Of a stretch of DNA of 64,000 nt, positions 42,993 to 56,250 are shown piece by piece. The notes beneath the pieces are model-generated. The model did not search any database, was not told the DNA's origin, and worked only from the letters and a program-made list of their open reading frames with translations. A program made the position numbers and the translations under genes. Position 1 is the stretch's first letter, and the number at the start of each line of letters is the position of its first letter. The stretch covers positions 2,480,001 to 2,544,000 of the forward strand of contig CM035353.1 of assembly GCA_020137815.1 (NCBI GenBank). The letters are read 5' to 3'. The stretch comes from Hormiphora californensis. Taxonomy: Eukaryota; Animalia; Ctenophora.

Positions 42993-43987
42993 ATGAACCG
43001 ACTCCGTGGGCGGGAGCTTTTCACTGAAACTCCTACTCAAACCCAACCTCTAACCATGGCCGAGATCGCCGCAAAATTCCTAAATGGTTAGTGATTATAA
43101 TTTATAAACTATGAAGCCCGACGCTTACCAGATAATTTTCATGTTTCATCCTAACCATATAGTTATGAGATATCATTCATAATCGGCATATTATATTTCC
43201 CTACTGTTGATCATATTTGTATTATATAAATACAATATTATAATACAATAGAGAGAAAGTGGGATATGGTAGCAGCAGGTATAAAGAGATATTATAAATC
43301 TTGCTCCTCTTCCTCCTCTTGAAAAGTTACCAAAGAGTGAAAAGAGTGAACAATTTTGGTAACACTATCATCATATTTTTGGAAACAGTCACAGTTTATC
43401 GTACTATACTGCGAACGAGCAGATCAACCGGGCAGATATGACATTTATATCTAAATCTCTCACACTCATATTTCGGTAGGTGTCACCAAGGAGAACGCCG
43501 GCACAGGACCCCTGGTGGTGAGGAGGCGGCCTTTTTATGCGTCCTCCCGAAAGCCCTCTCGCCCAGCCACCTCCCACCAGACCTCTCCATCCCACTATGC
43601 ATCCCCGCCTACAGAAGAGGTCCAACCCATCCCCAGCCTGGAATTTACTATCCCTGACGAGGAACCTATGACCACCCCGATACCGGAAGAGGAGGAACCT
43701 ATGACCACCCCGATACCGGAAGAGGAACCCATGACCACCCCGATACCGGAAGAGAAGGAACCCACTCCGACCCCGATACCGGAAGAGGAACCCACCCCCA
43801 CCCCGATACCGGAAGAGAAGGAACCCATGACCACCCCGATACCGGAAGAGAAGGAACCCATGACCACCCCGATACCGGAAGAGGAGGAACCCACTGGAAA
43901 CATCGTGTCCGACACTGAAAGACATCAGGGGCGACCTTTTGCCTGAGATATTGGGACGGGTAATGTACAACATTGGAATTTGGAATG
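42993..43987 (+). CDS. putative second gene of the EnSpm element with (PIPEEEEPMTT)n repeat; probably frameshifted/truncated
   Basis: ATG at 42993; exon to 43086 splices in phase to 43480; ~8 copies of a 30/33-bp coding repeat at 43650-43893; the alternative frame continues to a GTAAG donor at ~43988. Confidence 0.5.
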
Positions 43988-46622
43988 GTAAGATATGGAA
44001 TCCAACTTTCACATATATTATTGCTTATATGTACTATAATATACTATATATACTAAACAGAGTGTGAGGTGTCTTCGATACCAAGTAAAATAATATTTAT
44101 GAAATTATTTAGATTTTTTACATTCATACAAGTGGGAACAATAACTGACCCTACAGCTTTATCAGGAAATATGATGGTTGTCAAACAAGATCCTCAGACA
44201 CTGTCTGTTCAACAGAGAATGTACACATTTTTCATTACTATAATCCATCTCACACAATATGTAGTACGGACGCTGGTTTTAAGTTCTGTCATCTTCAGGA
44301 CTAGTTTAAGGCTTACCCGGCAGCTAAGTCATTATTGGAAATTGCTATGTCTAGGACACATCAGCAATCGCCCCAGCAATCTCGTTATTCAAAGGCCGTA
44401 AAAGATATTAGTATCGAACTTGTAATTAATTGCTGTTTTAACGATGGGTTAAATCAATCCACGTTGAATGAAAGAATAAGACGAAGGCGTAAACGGCAGT
44501 TTACACATACCTATGCCTAATTGCAAAAGACTATCTAGACAAAAATGTCGTTGATTTGGTAGGGCGAATATGCATATATGGAAAATTTGGTCCATTCTTG
44601 ATCCTGTGAGCCCTCTATCTCTAATAGTGAAGATGAGGAAGAAGATTAATTATAGATCTCCGTAAAACAGGTAGTTTTTGAATAAAACTTTGTAATAAGT
44701 AACAGAAAAAAGATACTGCAGAAGGTTATTAAAATACCGATCCGAACCTAAAGGCAATCGCGAGTATTTTTCTATACTCATAAAAGGGATCCGATACATT
44801 GTTGGACATGGCCTGGCTTACCGCCATGATGCTGAATCAGATGAAACAGTGAATAATGACGTCCTGCCAACTGCACAACTCAAAGATAAAAGGAGCGCAC
44901 TCTGGAGCAACCCTAAGTACCCCCGACCCGTACCTCTGCTGTGCTATCAGTTGTTGTGAGCACCCTCTCATGTAAGCCGGATGGGAAGGAGAGAAGAAAA
45001 CGTGTGCAGAGGGTATCCGGAGAATGCCTGACAGAGAAATCTAGGTAGTATTGAGATTCCACGAAGCAGAGAGGGAGATGGAAAAGAAAAATGGCTGGAT
45101 GAGATTACACCTGAATCCTTGAGAAGACAGGGCCTTCAACTTTATCTGAAGAACCGTGTGTCGTGTGAAGGCGGTCAGTCAACGTTCTAAGTGAGGGGGA
45201 TATTTACAACTTATATCCCTCAATCATAGCATGATCGATACCTGGGAGAAATTTGGAAGACTATTACTGTAGAATGCGTGTCACAACCACGTTGAAGAAT
45301 TACTTGTGGAAGCTGCATCCACTAGGTTTAAGGAGAAGTTTGAGCTCCTTAACTATGCACCAAGGTTCACCGACCCGATATCCTAGAACCTTGGGGATGG
45401 ACCGGAATGCTGTTTTAGAAGTCTGTACCCTAGTCAGAATTTAACACAGGTAATTTATGAAATAAAACGGGTGGGACATGGCCAACCCATTAACCCTTTG
45501 GGGACGATACTAGTTAATATACTAGTTAACATAACTATGTCAAACAAACAGGTATCTAAAACAGTCATCTAGCTGTAGAAGCTGGTAAAATAATGCCTCA
45601 ACAAGAGATGACTTCATGACAATTGTAAAAAAGGAAGTACATACTACATATCATCAAAAGGAATCCCGAGCTATGAATGGAGTTTGCAATGGAGGAGGAC
45701 TTGATGATGGATGAAATATAACGGACGCTCTCATTCGGATTAGGGTGGGGGTTAGAACCATGAATTTAAAAATACAGTCCAAATTACGAGGAGCGGGATG
45801 CGGATGACATGGAAATCGATTGGGAGGAGAGGGAGCGAGCTAACCGGAAAAGCTGTTTCCATCAACATGTCAACCATCGATTTCGAAACATTGAAACAGG
45901 TGGTAAGGGCCATAATGCAGGAAGAGAGGGCGCTGGCGGAAGGAGCGGGGGCGAATTCGTTGGTGGCAGCGGCACAGCAGGCGGGCGAGGAGGTGGCTGT
46001 TTCTTCTGCGCGGGAGATTTGTCTGAAGTGTGATCATTTCGTGGACCCTGCACCATGTTATACACATCAAACTATCGGAACCTAACCAACAGCAATAGCT
46101 AGTATAAGGAAGTGTGAAGAAAGGCGGAAATGGTCGGAAGGCCGGGGGCACAGGATGAGATCAACAAGCCGGAAATAGAATACGAAACTCTATTAAAAAT
46201 TCCATTCCTGTACACCGGTCAAACCAACAAAGTTTCGAACCTTGTATTGAACGGTATGTTATAAATGCAATGTAAGTATTATAACAATTAATATGACGTG
46301 ATCAACTGCTATAGCCCAACTGTTCATTCTGAGAATTCTGATACAAAGATATTATTTGCCGTACTGATATATGAGGTAACTCCAACCCCCAGTTTCATCT
46401 CCTTGTTTAACATTGGGAGTTACCAAGGGAATCCACTGGGTTCGATAATCTAGGCACATACCCACAGTACTATTCGAATTGGCGTATCTTTATATCAGGA
46501 ATCTCGGATAGCAACAATCCTTGTGTTTTATTGCTATCTGAACAGATTAGGCGTATAGACAGGGCTCTTATTAAGTATTATTGTATAAAATAGTGTACAA
46601 TTTGTACATTGTACACTGCTAT

Positions 46623-46847
46623 CAGTGGTCATCCGACATAATTGCCATACCTCGACGTGAAATTCGACCTGAATCTCGACCTGGAATGAGGCGCGCATTC
46701 GTAGTGAGCGAGACACAAAGACTAACGAGAGAGAAGAGTTGAAGCGCGACACCATTTGCTTACTGCGGCACATCTCTCTGATGCGCGCCTCATTCCAGGT
46801 CGAGATTCAGGTCGAATTTCACGTCGGGATATGTCGGATGACCACTG
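46623..46847. mobile_element. palindromic MITE
   Basis: cagtggtcatccgacata..tatgtcggatgaccactg with long internal IR. Confidence 0.8.
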
Positions 46848-47653
46848 TATATCAATATCGGAAATAGTTTAATCTAAATTAACAGTTTAGATGCTATGTT
46901 CCACTGCTGAAGAGACTCCATAGCAGTGCCTCTGCCCAGAGGACCACAGTCAATATAAACAGACACCCGGCTTGTGGATGAGAGGAAGATGTGTATTATG
47001 TACCACACCGGGAATCTGGAGGCTTATCATCACCTCAATTGAACGGTCTGTGATTGAAGTACCTTTAAATTCAACGACCGACGACCGTCTGGGACCAGAC
47101 AGAATAGTTCAATCAATACCTTAAGCTTACTCCCCTGCTTTATCAAGTTATAAAGCCCCTTCTAACAAAAAGCGGACCGTGATGCCAACGTCTGTTAGGA
47201 AGCCAATTGTACCCCCAGTGGTACCTTTCGAAAGTGAGCCATTACTCCTTCTCGTCAAGCATTGCCCTTTCATATCTCTCGGCGATGAGAAACAACAAGA
47301 ATTCTACCGGGGCGTAAAAGTTCCTTCTCCCGCTTCAAAGAGGTTAAATTAAGAAATATATAAGTATAGTGTATGTATATTCATTCCGTCTACGAATTGG
47401 TCTATACTATCTTGATAAAATAGTCAGGAGAGAGCAGTTGAGGACGCATGATCTCCCCAACTTAATAACATAAATTACTATATTTGTTCGACAAAACCTT
47501 ACGGAAGCCTCAAGAAGTCAAGAACCCTGCCAACCATTATATGTTGAGAGCCACTCTAAAGCAGGAATCCATGTCTCACACACCGAGACAAACACGGCAG
47601 AAGTTAATGATGCCGTAGAGCTCTTGGATTGATCACTGAATACAACACCGTTT

Positions 47654-47838
47654 GATGTTCAGTTGAAAAAACCTTCTGGCAAGCAAAGGGCCAAACAATT
47701 GACTCAAAAATTGAAGAGAATCAGAACATGGCCAGAGCCAGAGTCAAGGTTGAGATGGTTTTTAAGGAGGAACTCAAGGACACAAGGATTATCCTGGACG
47801 CAAAGGAGATCGTGATTGACCAGCCAAACAACCTTCAA
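47654..47838 (+). pseudogene. rearranged fragment of an ISL2EU transposase paralogous to 1489-3532
   Basis: DVQLKKPSGKQRAKQLT..ARARVKVEMVFKE followed by LKDTRIILDAKEIVIDQPNNL. Confidence 0.8.
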
Positions 47839-49770
47839 TATTTCCTTAAGATGGGACGGTCACGGGCTAAACGTGTGAAGACGAGGCATACGGCGCCCCG
47901 AGGATGTACGGGTCTCCATGGCTGTTTTACTTGTTAATAGCTCCTCGCAACCGTGAGTAGAGCACTCTCCGGGACAAGGACCATCAACAACAAGTACTAA
48001 CTAATGTGTATAGTATTAACTAATATGTATGGCGCTTCAAGAGGAAGAAAGAAAGCTGTTGCCCCCGCCGAGGAAAGAGTGGGCTGAGGCTATATTGGAT
48101 TTCAAGGGTAACATGGCTTGCAATCTGCCGTTCATTTATGATTTACAGCCAAAAGAAAGGTGAAACAGTCACAAAAAGGTGATACGAAGGGCAAAGATCT
48201 GGCAACTATTGGTACCACAACCATGACATGCAGGATAACACTGTTTCAGAATAAAAGCGAGGAGAGAGAAAAACAACTCCTGGCAATAATCGAACGGCAG
48301 GGGGCACTGTTGGAGGCGATAGCGTCCCAATTGTAACTCCCCAACAGCTTACAGCATGCAGGGGTAAAAAGGAAGAATTGCGTGAAAACTATTATATTGG
48401 TATTGGCATTGCCCTTTCCTATCTCTCGGCGATGAGAAACAACAAGAATGCTACCGGGGACAACAAAGTGCGGCAGTATCAGGTGTTGAAATGGAGCAAG
48501 GTGCGGAAAAGGTATATAAAACGGACCAGAAACATTTGCACCTAAAATCGAAACCGAATACCGGACAATAATAAGGTGCTATAACCTAATTATTGGAGAG
48601 CTATTGTTCATAACTAATTGTTCATTGATTGCCTTCCCAATTTATTACAATTTTGTTTTCCGTCCGGCATAGTCCTTTTATCTAACAAGGGGGAGGTGTC
48701 ATACAGTTTAAACAAGACATGTCACAGCTTTGGTCGGTGTGAACACAGATTAAGATAAAGTATTAGAATTGTTCATTATTACGAGGTAACATAAAGAAAG
48801 AAAAACAATTTTATGAGTCACGTATTAGCTAGTTAAGTGAAGTTTTAAGTATTGGTGTCTGAATTACGGAGACAGAAAGTTGTTTCTCAAAGACTGCAGA
48901 ATCGAGGGGGAGATCAAACAGCGTAGGCCAAGAAACCAAACCTCAATATAATATGTATATATTCGTTCCAAATCATTCAGTTACATACTCAAAGGCGAGA
49001 GAATCTGTAAAACGATGCGACTGAACACTTATTTGGGATACAAGTTTGATCAGGTCCTGTTCGATCTTCCCACATGCTCTGCGGTGGACAGGAGGGATCC
49101 CATGACTCGTCCGGTAGAAAATCCCAAAAGCGCCATGGCTCTTGGCAATCAATCTTTGTAGTCACCTTCACGAGACTAGTCTGGCCGATCCGAGCTCGGC
49201 TTCAAGAAAAAGACTGTGTAACGGCCAGCTTGTTCAAGAAATGCAGTCACGTATAATACATATTGCAACAGTTGCAAATAGATTGAAGTAAGTTCAGTAC
49301 TTCAACAATCTAATAATTATAGATTCCTGATTCACTGCGCCCCCCCCCCCCCCCATGAATTACACTCTTCACAGTGAAATATATTACTCTCCTAGGAGAT
49401 GCATATTCACAAACTGGGTAAGAACTGGCGATAAGAAGATCAATAACGGTGGTCCAATTGAACTGGAAACGTTACTTAATGTAGTACCCTGGTGTGAACC
49501 ACAATATCGTGGTGGGTTAAAAAAACCCTATACGTTCATGGATAAAAGGATTACCGATTCGGCGATCAAGGTACTATAGTAGCTGGAGATTTCCACGATA
49601 GAGCTCGATCGATCCTTAGAAGGTAGAGCGCTTGCTTTTATTTACTAGCCGACCCATTCGCCCTACCAAAATTTGCACGTTAGTAAGGACCCAGAATCCC
49701 ATTTTATGCCTTGAACAGGAAATTTTACGCTGATCACTTAATTAGTGCCCTCGATTTTTTCTCTACTCCC

Positions 49771-50152
49771 GGCTTGTCTCGAAAAATTGGCATCTTCGGA
49801 GTTGGACTCATGTTCCGATTCATATAAACCTAATTTGTTGGTTAATTTCAAAATTTTTGGTACCATTGGATTGGAAATTGTCTAGGCTCCCTGTTGAAAA
49901 GAGTAAATTGATAAAAAGTGCCGAAAAAAGGCGTTTTTTGGCATGTTTCGAACGACCGTAATGACCGTAATGCATTTATGGTTAATTAGATAATTGGATA
50001 ATTAGGTTTGGGCATAACCGTTTTTGGCTATAACCACTTAGGAATGGTTTAGAGACTTTTCACTGGTGCCATTTTGTTGCCCTGACTATGTCGTACTATG
50101 ATATAAATTTAAATGAAGTTTAACTTTTGGTGCCAATTTTTCGAGACAAGCC
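49771..50152. repeat. inverted repeat pair, MITE remnant
   Basis: ggcttgtctcgaaaaattggca / tgccaatttttcgagacaagcc. Confidence 0.55.
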
Positions 50153-50753
50153 CTTCCACTGTTCGTTTCCAAATTATAATATTACTTTGTAGGCTGTGAC
50201 CGATCTAATGCCGAAAGGGCATCAGAAAGGTCGGTATCGACATGTGAAAGAGGTCCTGTCCTCAATGACCAGACGTCTTAGGACCAAGGAGCGGATGAAA
50301 ATAGTAAAAAAAGATATTTCGACATACAATATCGCCAATTAAGCATTTCTATTTTATATTGTGTGTCCCTTGTGACAAGTTTTTCTGGGTTTGGTTCAGT
50401 TTTTAGTGTGCAGTGTGTCTGTGTTTAAGGTGGTGACTGGTGGATCGGATAATTTTTTCTAGATTTAAGGAGAGATATTTGAGCAGAATATTTATGAAGA
50501 TACGGTTATTTTGTAATGTCCGTAATTTATTGAAAACGTTTATTGATTATTCGTGACTTTAACACAGGAACCGACCGATTAATTATCGTATTCATATTCG
50601 ATTTATTCGATTTAAAATTTGGATTTTGTCGGTTCCTGCTTTGTTCCAATACCTAAAACCTACTCACCACTTTCATCTCATTATCCCAATCTATCCCAAT
50701 ATCCCAATCTTTAGTGTATCATTCAAAAAACTCACATCACAACCAACCAGGAA

Positions 50754-51155
50754 ATGGCATTTGATACACACATGCTCCATAAACTCCCCGTCCTGGAAGA
50801 GGAAGAAGCCACGACGAAGGAGGTAAAGAGGGTGATGAAATCTGTTTATCGGCTAACTGGTGCCCCTAACTCTCCCTACCCCCATGTACCGTTTTACGAG
50901 CTCATCATTCACCCAACCTCCTTCTCAACAACTGTAGAAAATCTCTTCCACCTGTCATTCCTTGTCAAGGACGGGAGAGTCAAACTCTTTCTTGATGATG
51001 ATAATATTCCGGTGGTGAAGTGTGGTAAAAAGGACCCTTCAAATGGGGGGACAACACGGGCCATTCATCCCTCTCAGGTTGTAGTGCCCATGTCAATGGA
51101 GAAATGGAGATCTCTGATCAGAGAGTTGGGTATTACCAAGCCTCTTATGGACTAG
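50754..51155 (+). CDS. NSMCE4-like: Nse4/EID3 kleisin C-terminal domain only (133 aa ORF; fragment or retro-derived copy)
   Basis: EEATTKEV..FYELIIHPTSFSTTVENLFHLSFLVKDGRV..DDDNIPVV..QVVVPMSMEKWRSLI matches the recalled Nse4_C consensus. Confidence 0.8.
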   Translation: MAFDTHMLHKLPVLEEEEATTKEVKRVMKSVYRLTGAPNSPYPHVPFYELIIHPTSFSTTVENLFHLSFLVKDGRVKLFLDDDNIPVVKCGKKDPSNGGTTRAIHPSQVVVPMSMEKWRSLIRELGITKPLMD

Positions 51156-51236
51156 AAAAAACTGGGGCGATCGTACCGATCGCAAATCTAGAGAAAACTT
51201 CATTGACTGTCCCCGTGCTTTCTCTCTCTCCCTCTT

Positions 51237-51298
<62 letters not shown>

Positions 51299-51596
51299 TC
51301 TTTCTCTCCCTTTCTTTCTCTCTTTATCTCTATATCCCTTTTTTCTCTTTCTCTCTCCCTCTTTCTCTCTCATGTGATCTCATCTTCCTACGTCTGTGTA
51401 ACAGGGGGCAGTTGTGCTACAGCATCAGATAATGTGATCTGATCCTTGGTTGAGGGGGATTAGATCCTCCAATGTGATCTGATCCGGAGGTCGATCGACC
51501 ACCAATGTGGGTGTGATGTGATCCAAACGGGTGGATCTGCATTATATATAGTATGATGATATGTTTCTGGACCGGACAGAATCACTTTATTTTAGA
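51152..51596 (-). mobile_element. short non-autonomous Helitron (same 3' end as 10707-11024)
   Basis: Minus strand reads TCTAAAATAAAG..GCGATCG-GTA-CGATCGC..CTAG|T; A|T insertion. Confidence 0.7.
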
Positions 51597-53149
51597 TATT
51601 TTCAAAGTTCAGTTCTTTCTTTCTCTCCCTCACACTACCCCACTGAGTGGGGCCCACTCCCACTATCCCAATATCCCAATCTTTAGTGTATCATTCCAAA
51701 AACTCACATCACAACAGTTCAGGCATGACCACACAAGAGATGGCATTTGATTTGCTGTACAAACTGCTCAACCAAGTCCCACCACGATCAGGCCCATAAC
51801 CGCTCCTGAACGGTGCAACGTTGCAACGCGTTGAACCCACCCCGCCTGCTCCCCCGATCTGTTACCTCTGTTCTGGTTCCGGTCTTTACGTGGCTAGGTA
51901 GTGAGTTATTTTCCACTTTTGGGTGTTGGGCTGCAGTTGGTTGAGACTAGTTATTTGTTGGCAATGAATAGTGATAATGAGTCATATTGATTTTAATTCT
52001 GGGGCTGTGGTATCTCATGTCTAACAGTTGCACCCTACATATACAGGTACCCTGCGGCAAAAGGCATGTGTACCCATCAGTTCTTAGATGAGGCATTATA
52101 TGGATCTTACACAACTGTATTATCTTCAACGGACGGAGGTACGGTTTTACATGCGATCTATTTGTACCCTGTGTGTTACTCAAGGCTACCCCACTAAACC
52201 CCCACTTTTTTCCGACCGAACCAAAGAATACCAAATATAGAGAAGTATATTTATCATCAGAGTTTTTATTTTAACTTATTTTTTCTAATTTGAGAGTGAC
52301 GGGCACTGTGGGTGTTCTCTGTTAAGGTGGCCTGAGGCTATGTTGAGGAAGCCCCCGGGCTGGACGTGACGAGATATTTAACGTATTATTCATATTATAA
52401 GTTTGGTTTGAAATGTTTTTCCGATAAAAAAAGGGCCGAGGAGTCGAGGACCGGGAATTTCCTCGGTTTGAAATAAAGCGAGAACTCTCTCTCTTCCCAG
52501 GTGCAGCTGGTAGGAGAACCAAGTGTGTTAGTGATACAGAGAATATTGCTGATGTTTTTGTAGGTAAGTTGTTGTCATGACAACCATGACTACGTGACTA
52601 TATTTTCTTGTCCCAAATATCTAAATCCCCCCCCCCCAATTACAGGAACGATTTATCGTCCCTATTCACCAAGTCTCTCCCCCCAATTACAGGAAGGAGG
52701 TGACACCAAGGTGGACGGAGCTGGGAGACACGGCTGGGGATACACAGATAACTGTAGATGGAGAAACTAATAGGAAGGTAAGAACCGACCGAATCAAACC
52801 TATGGGAGAAAAGTGTCAGTAATGGTTACAGGTTGCTTTCGCGAATATTCGCTTCAAATTTATACCGCACGCGCGATGACATTGACGCAGTGAAAGGGAA
52901 TATTGTCGCGCGCGGTTGCCTTGGCTACAAAGACTCAATCCACCTCGATTTAACCTAGGTGGAGGACCTCATCTCACCTCAATTTTACCTCTTTCTACGT
53001 TTACCTCGACCCACGTCAAATGGACGTGAAATGGGATGGCTCGCTCGCTCGAAGGCTAGTAGGGTAATGATTGGACTCTCTCTAACAGATAGATGAGATT
53101 ATACTACCTAGTACTACCTAGTACTACCTAGAGAACGATGTGATATAAC

Positions 53150-53765
53150 GAACCAATTTCAAGACCTTCTTCCGAGTGTTGAAGACTTGGAGAAACTTCT
53201 TGAAGCCGAAGCTGTAATTTGTGAACGTGTTCTCGTGGATAATATTCCCGAATTAAAGGAATATGAAGGAAAAGTACCGAGGCACATCCAACATCTCTAC
53301 TCTGATGTCATGCAAAATATGACAGCGGTCGTGCCATTGGGACTGCTCGACAAAAGCGAGACCTCCGTTGATGCATGGTATGTTAGACATTTTGGAGGAT
53401 TATAATGTGATACTCAAAACTCGTTATAAACTAAAATAATAAACACCATACAACCCATTACTAACATATAGAAGTTTAAGAAAGCCAAAGACGCCAAGAT
53501 GGCGATAAATAGGCTCGGTGGACTGTGCAGTGTGCATTGCACAATCTAGTACAGCTACCCTCCTACAAACTGATTTGGGACAACCTTGACCGTGTAATAA
53601 AAGGAATATATGCTGGGACACTGGATAAAGAACTTCAATTTCTTCTTGAAGCCGAAGCTGTAATTGGTGAACGTGTTCTCGTGGATAATATTCCCGAATT
53701 AAAGGAATATGAAGGAAACGTCCCGAGGCACATTCAATATCTCCACTCTGACGTGTTGTTATGAC
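53150..53765 (+). pseudogene. two fragments of a DUF6589-like (probably Academ-associated) transposase
   Basis: LIWDNLD; ERVLVDNIPEL..PRHIQHLYSDVM..VVPLGLLDKSE; the segment is duplicated at ~53197 and ~53643. Confidence 0.55.
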
Positions 53766-54290
53766 ACACTGCTCCTTCATCAACACATTTATGTGAAAAA
53801 AAGCTGTGAAGTTGTTTTTGCGCTTTTTACAGTTTGCTAACACATTACCTTCCAGGATGTGCTGTCTTGCAAAGGATTAACTGGTACCAGTCGTGACCCT
53901 GATGACCCCTCGTGGTAATTACAGTAACATTGAAATTTAACTATTTCCAGCGCTGAGAAGGCCTTTTTTACTAGCAAGAGTACATCCTTCCGTACCACCC
54001 GAAACGGAGCGGTAATGGAGACAATGCGTAACGCCAACCGACCCAACCGACGACTCTGATGACGAGATATGGAAAAAGGGCAATATCAGTCTACCCAGCT
54101 TCGAAGAGTACTTTGAAAGTGGTAACTGAGGACGCTGATATGCGGCACAGATGCTCAACAAACATGTTAGAATCGGTACAGAGAGGACAGTTCAAGACAA
54201 TATATGAGGATATTATCAAAACGAAGATCAAAAGCCTACAAAACGGTACACCGAGTGAGTCCATTTCCCTTAGTAGATACACAATATTAT

Positions 54291-56250
54291 ATATTACGAA
54301 TATATTTAATCAAGTTATTTTATAAATCACATTTCCATCCCAATTTATTGTAATTTTGTTTTCCGTCCGGCATAGTCCTTTTATCTAACAAGGGAGGTGT
54401 CATACAGTTTGAACAAGACATGGCACAGCTTTGGTTGGCGTGGACATAGAATAAGATAAAAGAGGTCATTAAATAGATTAGTAGTTCATTATTACGAGGT
54501 AACACCCGGAAAAACTGGAGAAACCTAAATTACACTGTAGTTTACAGCAGTTACACATAAATAGACCCAAGATGTACAGAGATCAAATCAAGTTCTAGTA
54601 AGACTCCCATAGTGTGAAGGTTGAAAGAGCTTGATAATAAATATATGTGCACGATTAGGAAACTGGTAAGTAAAAAGCTCACTTTGTTTCTTCACTTTAC
54701 CCAAACTTGTTCACCCTAAAACAGCTCCGACATGTTTAAAGTTGAATTTCACTCGCTACAAGCGTATATTCCTGCTCAGAGCAACCAAACTGAAACTAAC
54801 GTTGTTGATCACAAAAGTAGAGATCCACTACCCATCCTGCACTGCTGACCCTGCATCTGATCCTGCATCTGATCCTGCACTGCTGAAGTTTTAAGCGATG
54901 TCGACGAATTTTATGACTTCGAGCTCATTGCTAATCTCGTTGTGATCCTCATATAATAAGAAATGTTTATACTTTATATCGGTCTAGAGAATATGTTACT
55001 AAAAATATGAAATTGTCGGGAAGGCATGCCCGAGTAGACCCCAGGGTTTTGCTTTATTCAGCACCTCCAGATTCTCTTTACTGGAATATCCTCTTGGAAG
55101 ACATAAGTTTATCAGCATACTATCGCATTATTTTCCGTGGGGGTACGTGGAAAAGAAATTGTACAAAGGGACTCCGGTGCGAGGGAGGTGGGGTGTCAGA
55201 CGGAGATGCAGGGGGACATGCTCAGCAGACAGACTCAGCGGACTTCAAGATCCCGAACCCGTGGAGGCAGAAGATGATAAAATGTAGGGGGATGCAAAAC
55301 CCAGATGGGATCTTGGGTGGTGGTCCCCGTTAACATGAGAACACTCGTTGTCAAGGTACTCGTTCAGGAAGGTTCGGGTCAGGGTGTCTTTAGTTTGCAA
55401 CTATGGAAAGGGTGCTGTAACAGGGGAAGAGATATGTCAAGAAATAATCTGCATTTTGCGTTGTTCTTTACAAATTAAAAGTTACATTTCTTCGTTACAG
55501 GCTCCCCTGTTGAGTCCATTTCCTTACGTAGATACATAATATACATTACGAATTTATTTAATTTATAAATCACATTTCCTTTCCAATTTATTGTAATTTT
55601 GTTTTCCGTCCGGCATAGTCCTTTTATCTAACAAGGGAGGTGTCATACAGTTTAAACAAGACATGTCACAGCTTTGGTTGGCGTGGACACAGAATAAGAT
55701 AAAAGAGATCATTAAATAGATTAGTAGTTCATTATTACGAGGGAACACCCGGAAAAACTGGAGAAACCTAAATTACACTGTAATTTACAGCAGTTACACA
55801 TAAATAGACCCGATATACAGAGATCAAATCAAGACTCCCATAGTGTGAAGGTTGAAAGAGCTTGATAATAAATATGTACACGATTAGAAAATTGGAAAGT
55901 AAAAAGCTCACTTTGTTTCTTCACTTTACCCAAACTTGTTCACCCTAAAACAGCTCCGACATGTTTAAAGTTGAATTTCACTCGCTACAAGCGTATATTC
56001 CTGCTCAGAGCAACCGTACTGAAACTAACGTTGTTGTTCACAAAAGTAGAGATCCACTAACCATCCTGCCTCTGACATTTTAAGTGATTTCGACGAATTT
56101 TATGACTTCGAGCTCATTGCTAACCTCGTTGTGCTCCTCATATAAGGAATGTTTATACTTATATCGGTCTAGAGAATATAATTGTTACTAACGATATGAA
56201 ATTGTCGGATAGGTATGCCCGAGTGGACTCCAGGGTTTTGCTTTATTCAG
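54291..56250. repeat. ~750-bp direct repeat pair (54291-55061, 55543-56250); partial third copy at ~48635-48795
   Basis: near-identical blocks with small indels. Confidence 0.9.
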
